Assembly (NCBI RefSeq): GCF_001194135.2
Contig: NC_068985.1
Span: 70,472,353-70,536,352, forward strand
Length of the DNA: 64,000 nucleotides
Origin: Octopus bimaculoides
Lineage: Eukaryota
Direction: 5' to 3'
Part shown: piece by piece, positions 38,261-51,797 of the stretch
Position numbering within the stretch: the first letter of the stretch is position 1
Layout: each line of letters begins with the position of its first letter
Position numbers and translations under genes: made by a program
Notes under the pieces: generated by a model
The model's input: the letters and a program-made list of their open reading frames with translations, nothing else
Told to the model about the DNA's origin: nothing
The model's database searches: none

Positions 38261-39717
38261 NNNNNNNNNNNNNNNNNNNNNNNNNNNNNNNNNNNNNNNN
38301 NNNNNNNNNNNNNNNNNNNNNNNNNNNNNNNNNNNNNNNNNNNNNNNNNNNNNNNNNNNNNNNNNNNNNNNNNNNNNNNNNNNNNNNNNNNNNNNNNNNN
38401 NNNNNNNNNNNNNNNNNNNNNNNNNNNNNNNNNNNNNNNNNNNNNNNNNNNNNNNNNNNNNNNNNNNNNNNNNNNNNNNNNNNNNNNNNNNNNNNNNNNN
38501 NNNNNNNNNNNNNNNNNNNNNNNNNNNNNNNNNNNNNNNNNNNNNNNNNNNNNNNNNNNNNNNNNNNNNNNNNNNNNNNNNNNNNNNNNNNNNNNNNNNN
38601 NNNNNNNNNNNNNNNNNNNNNNNNNNNNNNNNNNNNNNNNNNNNNNNNNNNNNNNNNNNNNNTATATATATATATATATATCAATCATTGCATACAATAC
38701 AGTGTCCAGTCTTGTGCTACTGCTAAAAAAGCAGGCATGTTATAGCTATCCAGTAAAGATTGACTATGGGAAGAGTTTCAATCAAGAAGGTAAATGTATA
38801 ATAACATAAATGGATAAACAGTCAAACAACTTGTGTTAGGTTCGATTATGACATTTATAAACTTAAACATTGCCAAAATATTGGGTTACAATTGCATGTT
38901 AGAGTAGTTTATATCAAATGTCGATGAAAGAAGGCGTGTAGTCTTCTTTTCTTTCTCCTTTCTTCTCACCCAATGACTATATTTACCTAACAACCGCCAA
39001 TTTGGACTTACCGTATAACTGTTCTGCAACCAACTAGCATAATCCAAACGTTGTGAACATCCCTCAAATGATCTTTTTTTCAACATCTTTTGATTTGAAC
39101 TCTTGCGGTATTCAATTCCACCCTCATGTTGGGTCTGTGTTTAAATATATAGATGTTATAATCTGACCTGTTGTTTGCCTGTTTATGCCTATACTCTACA
39201 GACACACACACCTATATGTTTGTGTGTTTCTGTGTATGCGTGTGTGTATGTATGTATGTATATATATATATATATATATATATNNNNNNNNNNNNNNNNN
39301 NNNNNNNNNNNNNNNNNNNNNNNNNNNNNNNNNNNNNNNNNNNNNNNNNNNNNNNNNNNNNNNNNNNNNNNNNNNNNNNNNNNNNNNNNNNNNNNNNNNN
39401 NNNNNNNNNNNNNNNNNNNNNNNNNNNNNNNNNNNNNNNNNNNNNNNNNNNNNNNNNNNNNNNNNNNNNNNNNNNNNNNNNNNNNNNNNNNNNNNNNNNN
39501 NNNNNNNNNNNNNNNNNNNNNNNNNNNNNNNNNNNNNNNNNNNNNNNNNNNNNNNNNNNNNNNNNNNNNNNNNNNNNNNNNNNNNNNNNNNNNNNNNNNN
39601 NNNNNNNNNNNNNNNNNNNNNNNNNNNNNNNNNNNNNNNNNNNNNNNNNNNNNNNNNNNNNNNNNNNNNNNNNNNNNNNNNNNNNNNNNNNNNNNNNNNN
39701 NNNNNNNNNNNNNNNNN

Positions 39718-39768
<51 letters not shown>

Positions 39769-41758
39769 CATTATGTAATGTATGCGGGAAATATCAGTCT
39801 TGGAGGTCCATAACTTCCCGAGAACAATCAATTCCCGTTATATTGTTTGAAACATTTGCAGTTCTTAAACACTTCAACAATATTTCTCTCACTGTAAATC
39901 AGTGTAAATCTCTGTATAGCACATTATGTCTATATCGGTTGATTTTGTATGAGAGTATTTGACCAAGTTGTTAGTGTCTCCAGTAATGTAGCACATTTAG
40001 TGATTGGTTATATGATTTCATGGAAATAGCAGTGAAACTTATCATGTTATTGGCAACAATGATAATAGATTTGCTAAACTTATTTGCAATCATTCGGTTT
40101 AGTAACCTACCAATTTGCTTCGTAATGTAAAAATCTCTACTCGATAACATAAGCTGAAGGACAAGAGCATACAGAATAAGTCAGTTTTATAGCATAAGTG
40201 CAACAGCTTGTTCTATAATGTCACATCATATGTGCAATTAGTTGGTAATAAATCAGTCAGAGCATAGCTGTAGAAAGGAGCACGATTACATAGAGGTCAA
40301 ATATTCGAATAAGACTTTTCTTATAATGGCATACTTCAACAGTACAAAATGAGTAGATAATAATTTTTATCAGTTTCACAGATCGAATTTGGCTGATGAG
40401 AATAGTTTTATGTCCCTGTGAGCAAAGGCAGATTGCTCTTTCAGCATCCTACATTTCCAGTCACATGAACAAAACAAATTGATCTTGATGAGAATAAACG
40501 GTGAATCGTCATTTATAATAATATTCCCATGTATTATTTGTGGATACACTTCTGTCACCATTTATATCATTATTCATAGGAATGTATCCTTATGAATGTA
40601 ATATGCACGGATGTATAAATGTATGTACATGTGTGCGTATGAATATATATATATTATATATACGTATATATATATATATGTATGTATGTATGCATATATG
40701 TATGTATATATCTATATATATATATATATATATATNNNNNNNNNNNNNNNNNNNNNNNNNNNNNNNNNNNNNNNNNNNNNNNNNNNNNNNNNNNNNNNNN
40801 NNNNNNNNNNNNNNNNNNNNNNNNNNNNNNNNNNNNNNNNNNNNNNNNNNNNNNNNNNNNNNNNNNNNNNNNNNNNNNNNNNNNNNNNNNNNNNNNNNNN
40901 NNNNNNNNNNNNNNNNNNNNNNNNNNNNNNNNNNNNNNNNNNNNNNNNNNNNNNNNNNNNNNNNNNNNNNNNNNNNNNNNNNNNNNNNNNNNNNNNNNNN
41001 NNNNNNNNNNNNNNNNNNNNNNNNNNNNNNNNNNNNNNNNNNNNNNNNNNNNNNNNNNNNNNNNNNTATATATATATATACATGACACAATGTTAGCTTT
41101 ATTGCTGTATCATTTGTCGCGTGTAGAAGCAGAATACAATACGATGGTATTACAAGTTCAGTTCTTGTCGATAGTAAACATTTCATAACTGTCTTTTGTT
41201 TGATTTTATTATTATTGTGAAAAATCTTTCTATCGAACTAGCAAATCAAACAAAATATTGAGTAGCTCTGTTTGTTATCCTGAATACATATAATTGAATT
41301 ATATGCCAAATATATAAACACTTTTCTTTTGAAATATTTGCAACAATTTTTCATGGCAGCATATGGCAGATAATTACTTACAAAACTCATGTTCAAATGA
41401 TATTTATTCTCATGGATACTTGCACAATGTTTGCAGCTATTATAATTTCCTAAATATCAAGAACATAACCATGGAAGTAAAATAACAACTGTTTTCTGCA
41501 CGGCATGTAAGATTTATATAAAATTACGCTAGTGTTTAATGCAAATCTATACCTTCTCAATTGTGGAATAGCACAAAAGTGGTGATGGCTTGCCTCGGCA
41601 AGATCAAGTCCACGGTTAGAGCAAGATTTGTATGAATTTCAGGCTGGGAATTCAATAAAGGAGCTAAAACCAGTGAAACAGGTGCAGTCAAAGATTGAAT
41701 CTCCATTCCAAAATAGTTGTGCGCAAGTAAGTATTAGTAATAGTGTGTGCGTGTGTGG

Positions 41759-41824
<66 letters not shown>

Positions 41825-43705
41825 NNNNNNNNNNNNNNNNNNNNNNNNNNNNNNNNNNNNNNNNNNNNNNNNNNNNNNNNNNNNNNNNNNNNNNNNNNNN
41901 NNNNNNNNNNNNNNNNNNNNNNNNNNNNNNNNNNNNNNNNNNNNNNNNNNNNNNNNNNNNNNNNNNNNNNNNNNNNNNNNNNNNNNNNNNNNNNNNNNNN
42001 NNNNNNNNNNNNNNNNNNNNNNNNNNNNNNNNNNNNNNNNNNNNNNNNNNNNNNNNNNNNNNNNNNNNNNNNNNNNNNNNNNNNNNNNNNNNNNNNNNNN
42101 NNNNNNNNNNNNNNNNNNNNNNNNNNNNNNNNNNNNNNNNNNNNNNNNNNNNNNNNNNNNNNNNNNNNNNNNNNNNNNNNNNNNNNNNNNNNNNNNNNNN
42201 NNNNNNNNNNNNNNNNNNNNNNNNNNNNNNNNNNNNNNNNNNNNNNNNCATCATCACTATATAGGTCATATTTTACATTATTGAAAGTGTTAGTACAAAA
42301 GTGTAAAACTGACATGACAATATACTCGCGAACATTTGCAGAGTCTAGTTTACTTATCGCTACATGAAAAGAATTTACATATTTTTGTTTTAACCATAAA
42401 ATAATATCGTAAACAAGAAATGATTTTCTTCTTGATAATCCAATCCCACATTGGCTTTCTAACGAGAGATACACATATCTATGATGTAAATATCTTCATT
42501 ATCTTTCAGAGAGAAGCCAAAGCTGGAGGTTATCTACAGATGATGTACAGTGCTATATGGATTAATTAAACTGGAATTTATATTTATATACACTTACAAT
42601 CTATCTATTTCTCAGCATACATGTTAAAATTCTTCTAGGATTACAGAACATATACTGGTTAATAAACGTTTCAATTTTATCTGTTTACATACCGGATGTT
42701 ATTCCCAAGTGATAGATATTTTATTTACATAATTAATTTGTTTACTTTTTGATTTGTTTTATCTTGATCTGAATTCAGATAACAAAAAATTTAATTCACA
42801 GAATTTACAACATATATGTTCATGGTTCTAAATAATTTCGCGCTGTTTCCTAAACTCAAAGAGGATATTAGGATACTGAGGTTGATTAACAGAATTATAT
42901 ATTTAATTTTCCTAAATGCTAACTTTACTTGAAAATACCTTGGTTTTATATGCGAATCATTGGACATTATATTTCCATTTCTTAGTAAATGATATTTGAT
43001 AATCCACATTAGCATTTTTCTTGAAATTATGTCTATTTTAGTATATCTATATACGTATTTATCATTCCTTTAAGACAGTGGTTTTTATGATTCCTGAAAA
43101 ATATGCTCTAGTTGATCGAAGGAAAAAGAAGCGAATCCCTCGTTGCCTAGAATTCGCTGATGAGATTTAATATGATGGAAATATGTGTGGATTATTTCTG
43201 TACTTTTCACTGCATTCCATATATAATTTGTTTTAATTCATTAAAATACCAGCCGTGTAGAATCTACATTTTTGGCCAGAATTAATCATTGTTCTTGTCA
43301 CTAAGATTGTAACGTTAATTAATTAAAATTCATAGGGGTTGCTGCATTAAGTGTGAAAACATCCAGTTTGCAATTAAATTTCAATAAGTTTCCGTTGGTG
43401 GACAAACATGGAAACTGAATAAAAAAAAAGTAAGACAGAAAAACTGCAATAAAGAAAATGTCAAAGAAAAAGATTTACGCGTGTACCAAAAAACAATTAA
43501 AGCAAAATGCTATTGGAAGAATTTATAAAGTGAATCAAGCATTAACAAAAATTGATTATATATTCATACGGATAGCTTTAAAAGTTTTTTCGCATTGGAA
43601 ATTGTAGTACAGCATTATTCAATTAACATGAAAATTGTTTTTTATGACGATGAAGAAACCAGACCGGCAGATATATGTGTGCACAAACACAAACACACGC
43701 ATACA

Positions 43706-43749
<44 letters not shown>

Positions 43750-43808
43750 TACTACGTAGATATGCATACACATATAATCATACGTAAGCATATATATATA
43801 TGTATATT

Positions 43809-43855
<47 letters not shown>

Positions 43856-44813
43856 GTAATAACAGCCGTTAATGTATGTCATTGTCCACTGTTTTTTCCG
43901 TATGTCCACTCTGGTGTCGTTTGTTCGTTCGAAGCCCTAACCCTCCAAAAGTTATATATTTTTAAATTTTCTGGATGCTGCTCTCTTATGAAGTTTTCTA
44001 TCTTGTCTTTAAAAGCACGAAAGAGAGAGTAATAAACAGTCGACAATTGAGGAAGGGTTAGACTTCTTCTGGTATTTTGTCCCGTACTGATCCCTCGTAG
44101 TGTGTTTACGTATTTTTCACTCGTTGGTTATCTCCTGTTCTTAATGTATATTTTTTCATTTATATATATNNNNNNNNNNNNNNNNNNNNNNNNNNNNNNN
44201 NNNNNNNNNNNNNNNNNNNNNNNNNNNNNNNNNNNNNNNNNNNNNNNNNNNNNNNNNNNNNNNNNNNNNNTATATATATATATATATATATGCGCGCGCG
44301 CGTGTGTGTGTGTGTGAAAAATAAGCTGAGTCCATCATCGAGATTGTGCCGCCTTTTCCCTTAGCGGGGAGAAGAAGGCCTGTTTTTCTGTGTGGTGGCC
44401 ATATTGAAAGAAACAGTATAGAAGACGCAGTTCAAAGGGATTGTAACGAGTACCATTGTATCTAGCCAAGGGCTGGTCAACATTTTTAGTTACCACCTCA
44501 GCAGTAAGATCAGGTTGGAGAAGAGGTACCTGTCACGTGAGAGATTCAGAAAACGATGGAAGCTTGTGGAGAGAAAGCTGGGAGTGAATGGCACCAAGTA
44601 AGAGAAGTCACGGAAAGAAAGCAAGGTTCTACTCTTCCCTCGTGTTAGACATTGCTTTTAGCAATGTATTCATTTTTAATCCCATCAGTATGATATTCAT
44701 TGTTATTTTTTAATCGTAGAAGCTACTTCCCCCTTTTATGTTTGTCCGTCCTTGTCCGTTCCCTCTATTTATTGCCTCATGGCAAATATTATGATGTGAT
44801 ATTATGAAATAAT

Positions 44814-45180
44814 GTAGCTTGCTTACCAACACAAGTGTCTTCTACTATAGCCTTGGGCCGAGCAAATCTTTGCTAGTGGATTTGGTAGACGGAAATTGAA
44901 AGAAGACCGTCGTATATATATATATATATAAGTATATATATATGTGTGTGTATGTATGTATATGTGTATATGTTGGTCCCCACACCATCGCTTGACAACC
45001 GATGTTCTCGTGTTTACGCCCCCCCCCCGCAACTTAGCGGTTCGGCAAAAAGGACCGATAGAATAAGCATTAGGCGTACAAAGAATAAGTCCTCGGGTTG
45101 ATTTGTTCGACTAAAGGTAGCGCTCCAGCATGGTCACAGTCAAATTACTGAAACAAATAAGCAAATAAAAGAATAAAAGA

Positions 45181-45181
<1 letters not shown>
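44814..45181 (+). mobile_element. SINE family A, with 5' deletion and internal (TA/TG)n
   Basis: gtagcttgcttaccaac|caagtgtcttctactatagcc...ggatttggtagacggaaa...cgactaaaggtagcgctccagcatgg...gaataaaagaa. Confidence 0.88.
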
Positions 45182-45219
<38 letters not shown>

Positions 45220-45682
45220 TGTGTATGTGTGTTTGTATGTGTGTGTATGTGTGTGTGTGTGTGTGTAATGTGTACATATGTTGTGTTTTTTTCAGTGGAG
45301 ACACTGTTGAAAGAATAGCCACACCTGTCTTAGAGTTTGATGATATTCTGGAAGATATTAATTTATATCATAGCTGCTCATAGCTTCCGTACGCTCGCTC
45401 CACTATAAAAGCATGCGTTCCCGTTACATACGCACACGTGAACACAGACACAGGCGTATATATGTCTTGGAGCCGCGTGTTTAGTGTCAGCGACATATAC
45501 ATAAGAATACAAAGCTGGCTCTTTACAAATCATTTGTCTTGCAATCCCTGTTGTATTCCTGTGAAACTTAGACTTATGAAATGCATTTTAAATCGTTAGA
45601 ACAATTCCACCAAAAATGCCTTCATCGCATTTTAAAAGTTAAATAAAGTTCTTTTACTCCAAACACATGTCTTTGTATCTGC

Positions 45683-46382
45683 GGCATCACCTCAATTAAA
45701 GCTATGATTTTGAGGAACCAATTGAGATGGTGTGGCCATATTGTTCAAATGGCAAATGAACGCATGCCGAAACAGCTGTTTTATGGTGAGCTTGCATAAA
45801 TCGGCATAAATCTAAAAAAAGGTTTAAGAACGGCATAAAGACTACTTTGAAGTCATTGAGAATAGTTCCAGAATATATAGAAACCCTTGCTTCGGATTGA
45901 GTTGGATGGTGAACAAATGTGTAGAGTGGAGTGAAAGCATTTGAAGAGGCCATGATAACACAAATAAGACTCAAAAGAGATCTAAGGAAGAATGTGACGA
46001 TCGAGAACGTGAATGACAAGGACCTTTTTGTGTGCACAGTCCGTGACAGACAATGCCTGTCTTTTGCTGGCCTCAAATCTCATCTGCGAACGCATGGAAA
46101 ACAAACCTCCACCAACTATTCTGCCTATATGTCTGTGCACGCCTTTGAATGCAGTGTATACCAGAAGGTTTGCAAATCCAACGGAGGTCTCGAGAGACAT
46201 TTTAAGATCCACAAAGGTCAGAACTTATCTGCAGCTCTTGGTGGTCCAAATCTTATGTGCAATCTATGTGGGTGTCTTTTCAGAACATTGTCTGGTTCAA
46301 AAAGCCACATCAGATGCTATGATTGTTTTAAGGTGTAGGTACAGGAGGTGGTCAAACTCTGCATAAGGAGTAGACAACCACC
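45683..46382 (+). mobile_element. RTE-clade LINE 3' end with three degenerate C2H2 zinc fingers
   Basis: GITSIKAMILRNQLRWCGHIVQMANERMPKQLFYGELA (RTE RT C-terminal region) precedes ORF 45931-46338 with three CxxC...HxxxH-like units; short 3' tail into (TA)n. Confidence 0.85.
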
Positions 46383-46691
46383 ATATATATATATATATAT
46401 ATAATTCCTGTTATTTTTGTTTATGATTATTATTATTAGATATCTCTCTTTTTTCTTTCATTTTACACGCATGAAATGTAACAACATCAAAGTATCACAA
46501 CAGTATAGGTTTCTGTATGTGTTGGTGAATGTCGTTGTCAATTCTGTCGACTCCAAGACAAATCTGTATTAAAACATACTTATATTAGTGCTTCGATATT
46601 GGAACGAAACAGAAAGTGAACGGAAATGATATACTGTTAGCAATACAGTCTAGCGCTTTACACTGTCTGCTCTATTTTATATAAATACACA

Positions 46692-46900
46692 TTGGTTTCA
46701 AATTTTGGTACAAGGACACCAATTTCGCGGGAGGGCGTAAGTCGATCACAACGACCTTAAGGTTGAACGGGTACTTATTTCGACCCCGAAAAGATGAAAG
46801 GCAAAGTTGACCTCGGCAGAATTTGAACCCAGAACGTAATGACGGACGAAATATCTCTAATCGTTTTTCCCAATGTGCTATTTATTCTGCCAGTTCGCCA
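46692..46900 (-). mobile_element. SINE family C
   Basis: Reverse complement tggcgaactggcagaat...acgttctgggttcaaattctgccgaggtcaactttgcctttcatc. Confidence 0.85.
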
Positions 46901-47911
46901 TTGATATCTTATATTGGTGCACGACCAGAAATTTTGATAGAGATATCAAACCGTTTAATTTGAACTCGGTGTCTTTGGAACCATTATTTACTTCCAAAAA
47001 ACAAGACAGATTCCACACCGCCGGATTTCGAAATCGGAAAATGTTTAAGAACTTAACAAACAATTATTTATATTCAGGAAAAGATAATTCGTTATCGATA
47101 AACGTATGCAGAAACAACACACACACACACACACAGTGCTACATACACATACATGATGGTGTATATAGCACTACAATTGTGCCAGCGAGACTTCACATCA
47201 TGTTTCCTGCTGTGACATAAAAAGAATGCTTTGGTGAATATCACAATGCTAACCAACTTCGTACAGTTTTTGTCATAAGACAGTATTGACAACTTACGAT
47301 CATTTTCAATTATTCTTCTTATATATGTTCATACATGCATCCTTCTTTTTTTCTTTTATCTCTGGGCTGCTTAGCCTACTTACTATTGTATTTAAACAGA
47401 ACCACAAGATAACTGAATTTCGTCTCTATATATTCTACCGATGATCTATTTACAATGACATCTTGATAAACAAAGCTGCATCTCCACTTAAACTATATCT
47501 ATGTCTCTTTCCAAAAGCCACAGGATGTAACTCCTGGGATTTGAAAACAGATCACTGTAATTCTTAACTGCCAAGTGAAGTAACCTTTGTGACTTGTAAT
47601 TGAGTGCAGGTTTAAGTATTTAATACTAGTTGCCATAGCAGCCAGCAAGACAACCTGTCAAGAAAGTATTGCTGAAACGATCTTGAAACAGTTGTTGATT
47701 GAAGATATTGACATGTTTTCTTTCTAAGGAAAGAATAAACCTACCACCGCTTGTCTTCTCAACAGTTTATTGCTTCAGTACATAGTCAAGCTGTTCTATT
47801 TGAATGTGAGGCAATTTTAAGATATTTAAAATTCACCCATCGTTTAAACACAAAACAACTTTATATAAATTCGTAGCGAAGAAAACAGTAATATAAAAGT
47901 CAACCACCAAT

Positions 47912-48116
47912 ACTGGTTTCGAATTTTGACACAAGGCTAGCAATTTTGGGAGAGAAGATAAGTCGATTCCAAACGGTACTTATTTTATCTACCCCGAGAG
48001 GATGAAAAGCAAAGTCATCCTCGGCAGAATTTGAATTCAGAGCACAAATGACGGACGAAATCACGCAAAGCATTTTGCCCGTCTTGCTAATGACGACTGT
48101 GCTAGCTCGCCGCCTT
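47912..48116 (-). mobile_element. SINE family C
   Basis: Reverse complement aaggcggcgagctagcac...tgaattcaaattctgccgaggatgactttgcttttcatcc. Confidence 0.85.
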
Positions 48117-48281
48117 CCCAATCCCCAATATTGTCTTAATCTATCACCCAATATTATGCTGTAACCACATCAACAAAACATTTTCTTTACTGTAATTCCC
48201 TAATTTGTTGGTTTAAAACGATAGAACTTTTTGGAGATTAAATACTTCAGACATGCCATCAGCACTCAAACGGTTTTAAAT

Positions 48282-48670
48282 AAGGCGGCGAGCTCGCAGA
48301 ATCGTTAGCTCACCGGGCGAAATGCTTAGCGGTATTTCGTCTGCCGTTACGTTCTGAGTTCAAATTCTGCCGTGGTCGACTTTGCCTTTCAACCTTTCGG
48401 GCTCGATAAATTAAGTACCAGTTACGCACTGGGATCGATGTAATCGACTTCATCCCTTTGTCTGTCCTTGTTTGTCTCCTCTATGTTTAGCCTATCGTGG
48501 GTAATAACGAAACAAGAACCGTTAACACGCTGGGCAAAATGCTTAGCGGGACTTCGTCTATCTTCATGTTGTGAGTTCAAATTCCGCTGTGGTCAACTTT
48601 GCTTTTCATTTCTTCGAGGGCGATATGATGAGTATCAATTGTGTACTGGGGTCACTGTAATTGACTTAGC
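48282..48670 (+). mobile_element. SINE family C, two head-to-tail units
   Basis: aaggcggcgagctcgcagaatcgttag...gagttcaaattctgccg...taagtaccagttacgcactgg; a second, headless unit starts at about 48518 (ccgttaacacgctgggcaaaatgcttagcgg). Confidence 0.9.
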
Positions 48671-48797
48671 CTTCCTTATTATCATTATTGAGCATTTGTT
48701 TAATTCTTCTCTACATTTCTTGTTGGCTCATCTCTCTTTGTTTTTGTCTATAAATATTGAATCACTTTTTCTCTTTCTTTCATTGTCTCTCTCAATC

Positions 48798-48862
<65 letters not shown>

Positions 48863-50685
48863 CTCTAGCTCTCCCTTTATCCCCCTTTCTTATGTATGCG
48901 TCTGCGTGTGGGGGTGCATTTCAATCCTCTATTTTCTAACTTTCGTATCTCGTTCTCTCTCTATTTCTCTATTAAGTTTTCTTTATCAAGTTATCCTAAA
49001 CCGTTCCCTTCACCATGTTTTCCTTTCTACTCGTTATATACGTCCTTTCATTTCTATCTTCTTCTCTCCCTTTCATACATCTTTCTTTTTTCTCAGTATA
49101 TCTTTATCTAATTGGATAACAAAAGAAAAAGTGCTCAGTCTTTGGATAACTTCGTGCACCACAGGGAGAGAAAATTACTACTGTTTAGAATAAATTACTT
49201 CATCAGAAAGTAAAATATTTTGTAGCTTGCGCACTGAAATAAAAATATATCTTTCACGATTATATATGTACTAAACCAATGCGTAACAAATATAGACAAA
49301 ATCTAGATTTGTAATACGCATATAGGTCTTTCCTAAATAAAATGATTTCAAACCTCTGTTCATTCTTCATTACGTGGTTATTTTGACCGTTCTTAAGTTG
49401 AGGATTTTGTAACTTAGCACCAAGTAATCTTTGATCATGCATGTCTATGTTCAAGTGTACAACAGTTATAATTTGAGCATTTTGTTTTCTTTTCAAATAA
49501 GATACATCTAGAACACACGATAAAACTTTTCACCTTTTACACCAGGTAGCTGTGATCTAAGTAGAAATGGTTGTTATTTCTAGGATGTCAGACAACTTTG
49601 TAGTAGCCCCTCCTTCAATCGAAAATAATGAGTTTGGATGTGGTAAAAAGAAAGGAAGAATGATATTTTGTCCGATATATTCCCCCCGATCGTTTGTCAA
49701 GCAATATTCTTTTTCATCAAGTGATGCGAACACGATGTGCTCGAATTGTATTCTTTTCAGATTAGAGAACAGAATCTATTCATTTTATGAAGTTTAACGA
49801 ATCGAATTTTCTTCCATGGCTGTGTAGCAGACCAACAAATTACCGGCAGTTTCTTCTAATTCGAGTAGTTTATTTTGATCTCTTTGATTATTGACAGATG
49901 TACACCATCATTAAAAATCGCCTAATAGCATCCTAAGAAAGATGTATTCCCTATGACCACAATATGTGATAATGCTTATACCGGTGTAAATGAATATTAC
50001 TAAACGAGTTGATATATCAATAAGTTGTTTTCTTAGCAAATAGTTTTATCCGCCGAAAAGCTTAAAATAGAAGACAGAGTGTAAGGGAGGGAGAGAGGCT
50101 AATGAAAGGAGAGAGGGGAGAAGAGGAGAGAGGGGAGAGAGGGAAGAGAGAAGAGAGAGATGTATTTCAAGTAAGCTATCGATCATATATGTCTCTCTAC
50201 CCCTCTCTCTTTCGCTCTCTCTCTCCCTCCCTCTCTCTCCCTCCCTCTCTCTCCCTCCCTCTCTATCCCTCCCTCACTCACCTTTGTCATTGATCAGAAT
50301 AAACACATACTGTTACTTTTACTATTTTTTAAAAATTTTGCTTCATCTTTCAGCAGATATTTCAATTATCCTGAAGAGTTTTGAGGTGAGTTAAGTTGCT
50401 GTTTACATATAAAATGAAATAGAAACGATTTCATTTCCCATTCGTTGCCTGTGTAGTTTATTTGTTTCTTTTGTAATGTTAATTATTGGTAAAAATAAGA
50501 GAATATTTAACGAGTTATGGAACTTTAAAATTACCACTATGGAAAATTCGACCTTACATATACATTCATATACATCATTTATTGAGTATTGGTTATATAA
50601 TAATGATACATGTTGGTTTATGTACACTCACTCACACTCATAAACTCGCTCTCTCTCTCACTCGCTCTCTCTCTCTCTCTCTCGT

Positions 50686-50777
<92 letters not shown>

Positions 50778-51039
50778 ACACACAAACACACACTCACACT
50801 GATGTGTGTATACATACATATACATACATACACAGATACAAACATACATACATACATACACACATACATACATACATACATAAGGTGAAAACGTCTTACG
50901 GGTTAATAATGAACTACTCAAGAACCCTCAGTTCCCGATTACTTTCCCTATGAGCTTAGAAATATAGGATTAGCATAACTTAACGTGCATACATGGAAGA
51001 TAAATGTTCTAATGCCACAAAAATGATGTGCGTGGGTGT

Positions 51040-51797
51040 GCTACGAGTAAAATTGAGAAAAGGGACAATATCAAACATGAAATGTAGCCTCTTTTCGAAT
51101 CGTGACCCTTACACCATTTCACATCTCGAAGGGAATAAACGTAATCGTGTGGAGATCTGTCAACATTTATTCAACCTCTACAACGATAAACACGAAGAAT
51201 AGACATAGGAGATGAGACCTGAATCTGTTTCTTTGTGCGAGAATATAAAAGCCAGAATGACCAGCGCAAAAGAAATTCAAGATTCAACCTACTGCAAAAA
51301 AGTGATGTTAACCCTTTGGGGAAACGCAAATAGGCCTGTACTGGAGCATTTCCTTGAAAAGAACTCTACAGTCACCTGTGTAGGTTACAGTCAAATGCTC
51401 GCCGACAAACTGAAGCCAGCAATTCACACCAAACGCCGAAGTCTATTGTCAAACAAGGTTGTCCACACCGTTTAAGCTATTGAAAAATTGGATATCGCGT
51501 TGTTGTAACATCTGCGTACTGTCCAGATCTCGCCCTTTTCAACTATCACCTTTGGACTGCTCACACATCCTTAACGATATCCTCGATTTACTATGGTCAA
51601 AAAAGTGCAGGAAGTGGTGCATAAGTGGTTGTATGACCTGCCGAAAACCTTCTTCTTCGATGGAATAAGCAAGCTTGTAGACCACTGGAAGAAGTGTATT
51701 CATCAACAAGGAAATGATGCAATTTTTCGATCGCTGCTTTTATTCCTTTAATAAATTACAGAAAAAGGAGTGCATACAATTTTTGACTTGCCCTCAT
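51040..51797 (+). mobile_element. mariner transposon relic, 3' part with right terminus
   Basis: RVEICQHL, KVMLTLWG...LEHFLEKNSTV...QMLADKLKPAIHTKRRSLLS, PDLA, HWKKCIHQQGN; end tttttgacttgccctcata (reverse complement tatgagggcaagtcaaaaa). Confidence 0.85.

Noticed and set aside
45931-46338. Host C2H2 zinc-finger gene
   Set aside because: Contiguous with RTE RT C-terminal motifs, fingers degenerate, no TGEKP linkers; better explained as a LINE tail.
48282-48375. tRNA genes at SINE heads (also 2313, 37027, 56999, 62904)
   Set aside because: A/B-box-like motifs are present but there is no complete cloverleaf, and each continues into a shared SINE body.
50085-50285. GA-rich run followed by CT-rich run (possible hairpin or triplex)
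   Set aside because: Complementarity is generic low-complexity and expected in such a microsatellite-rich genome.
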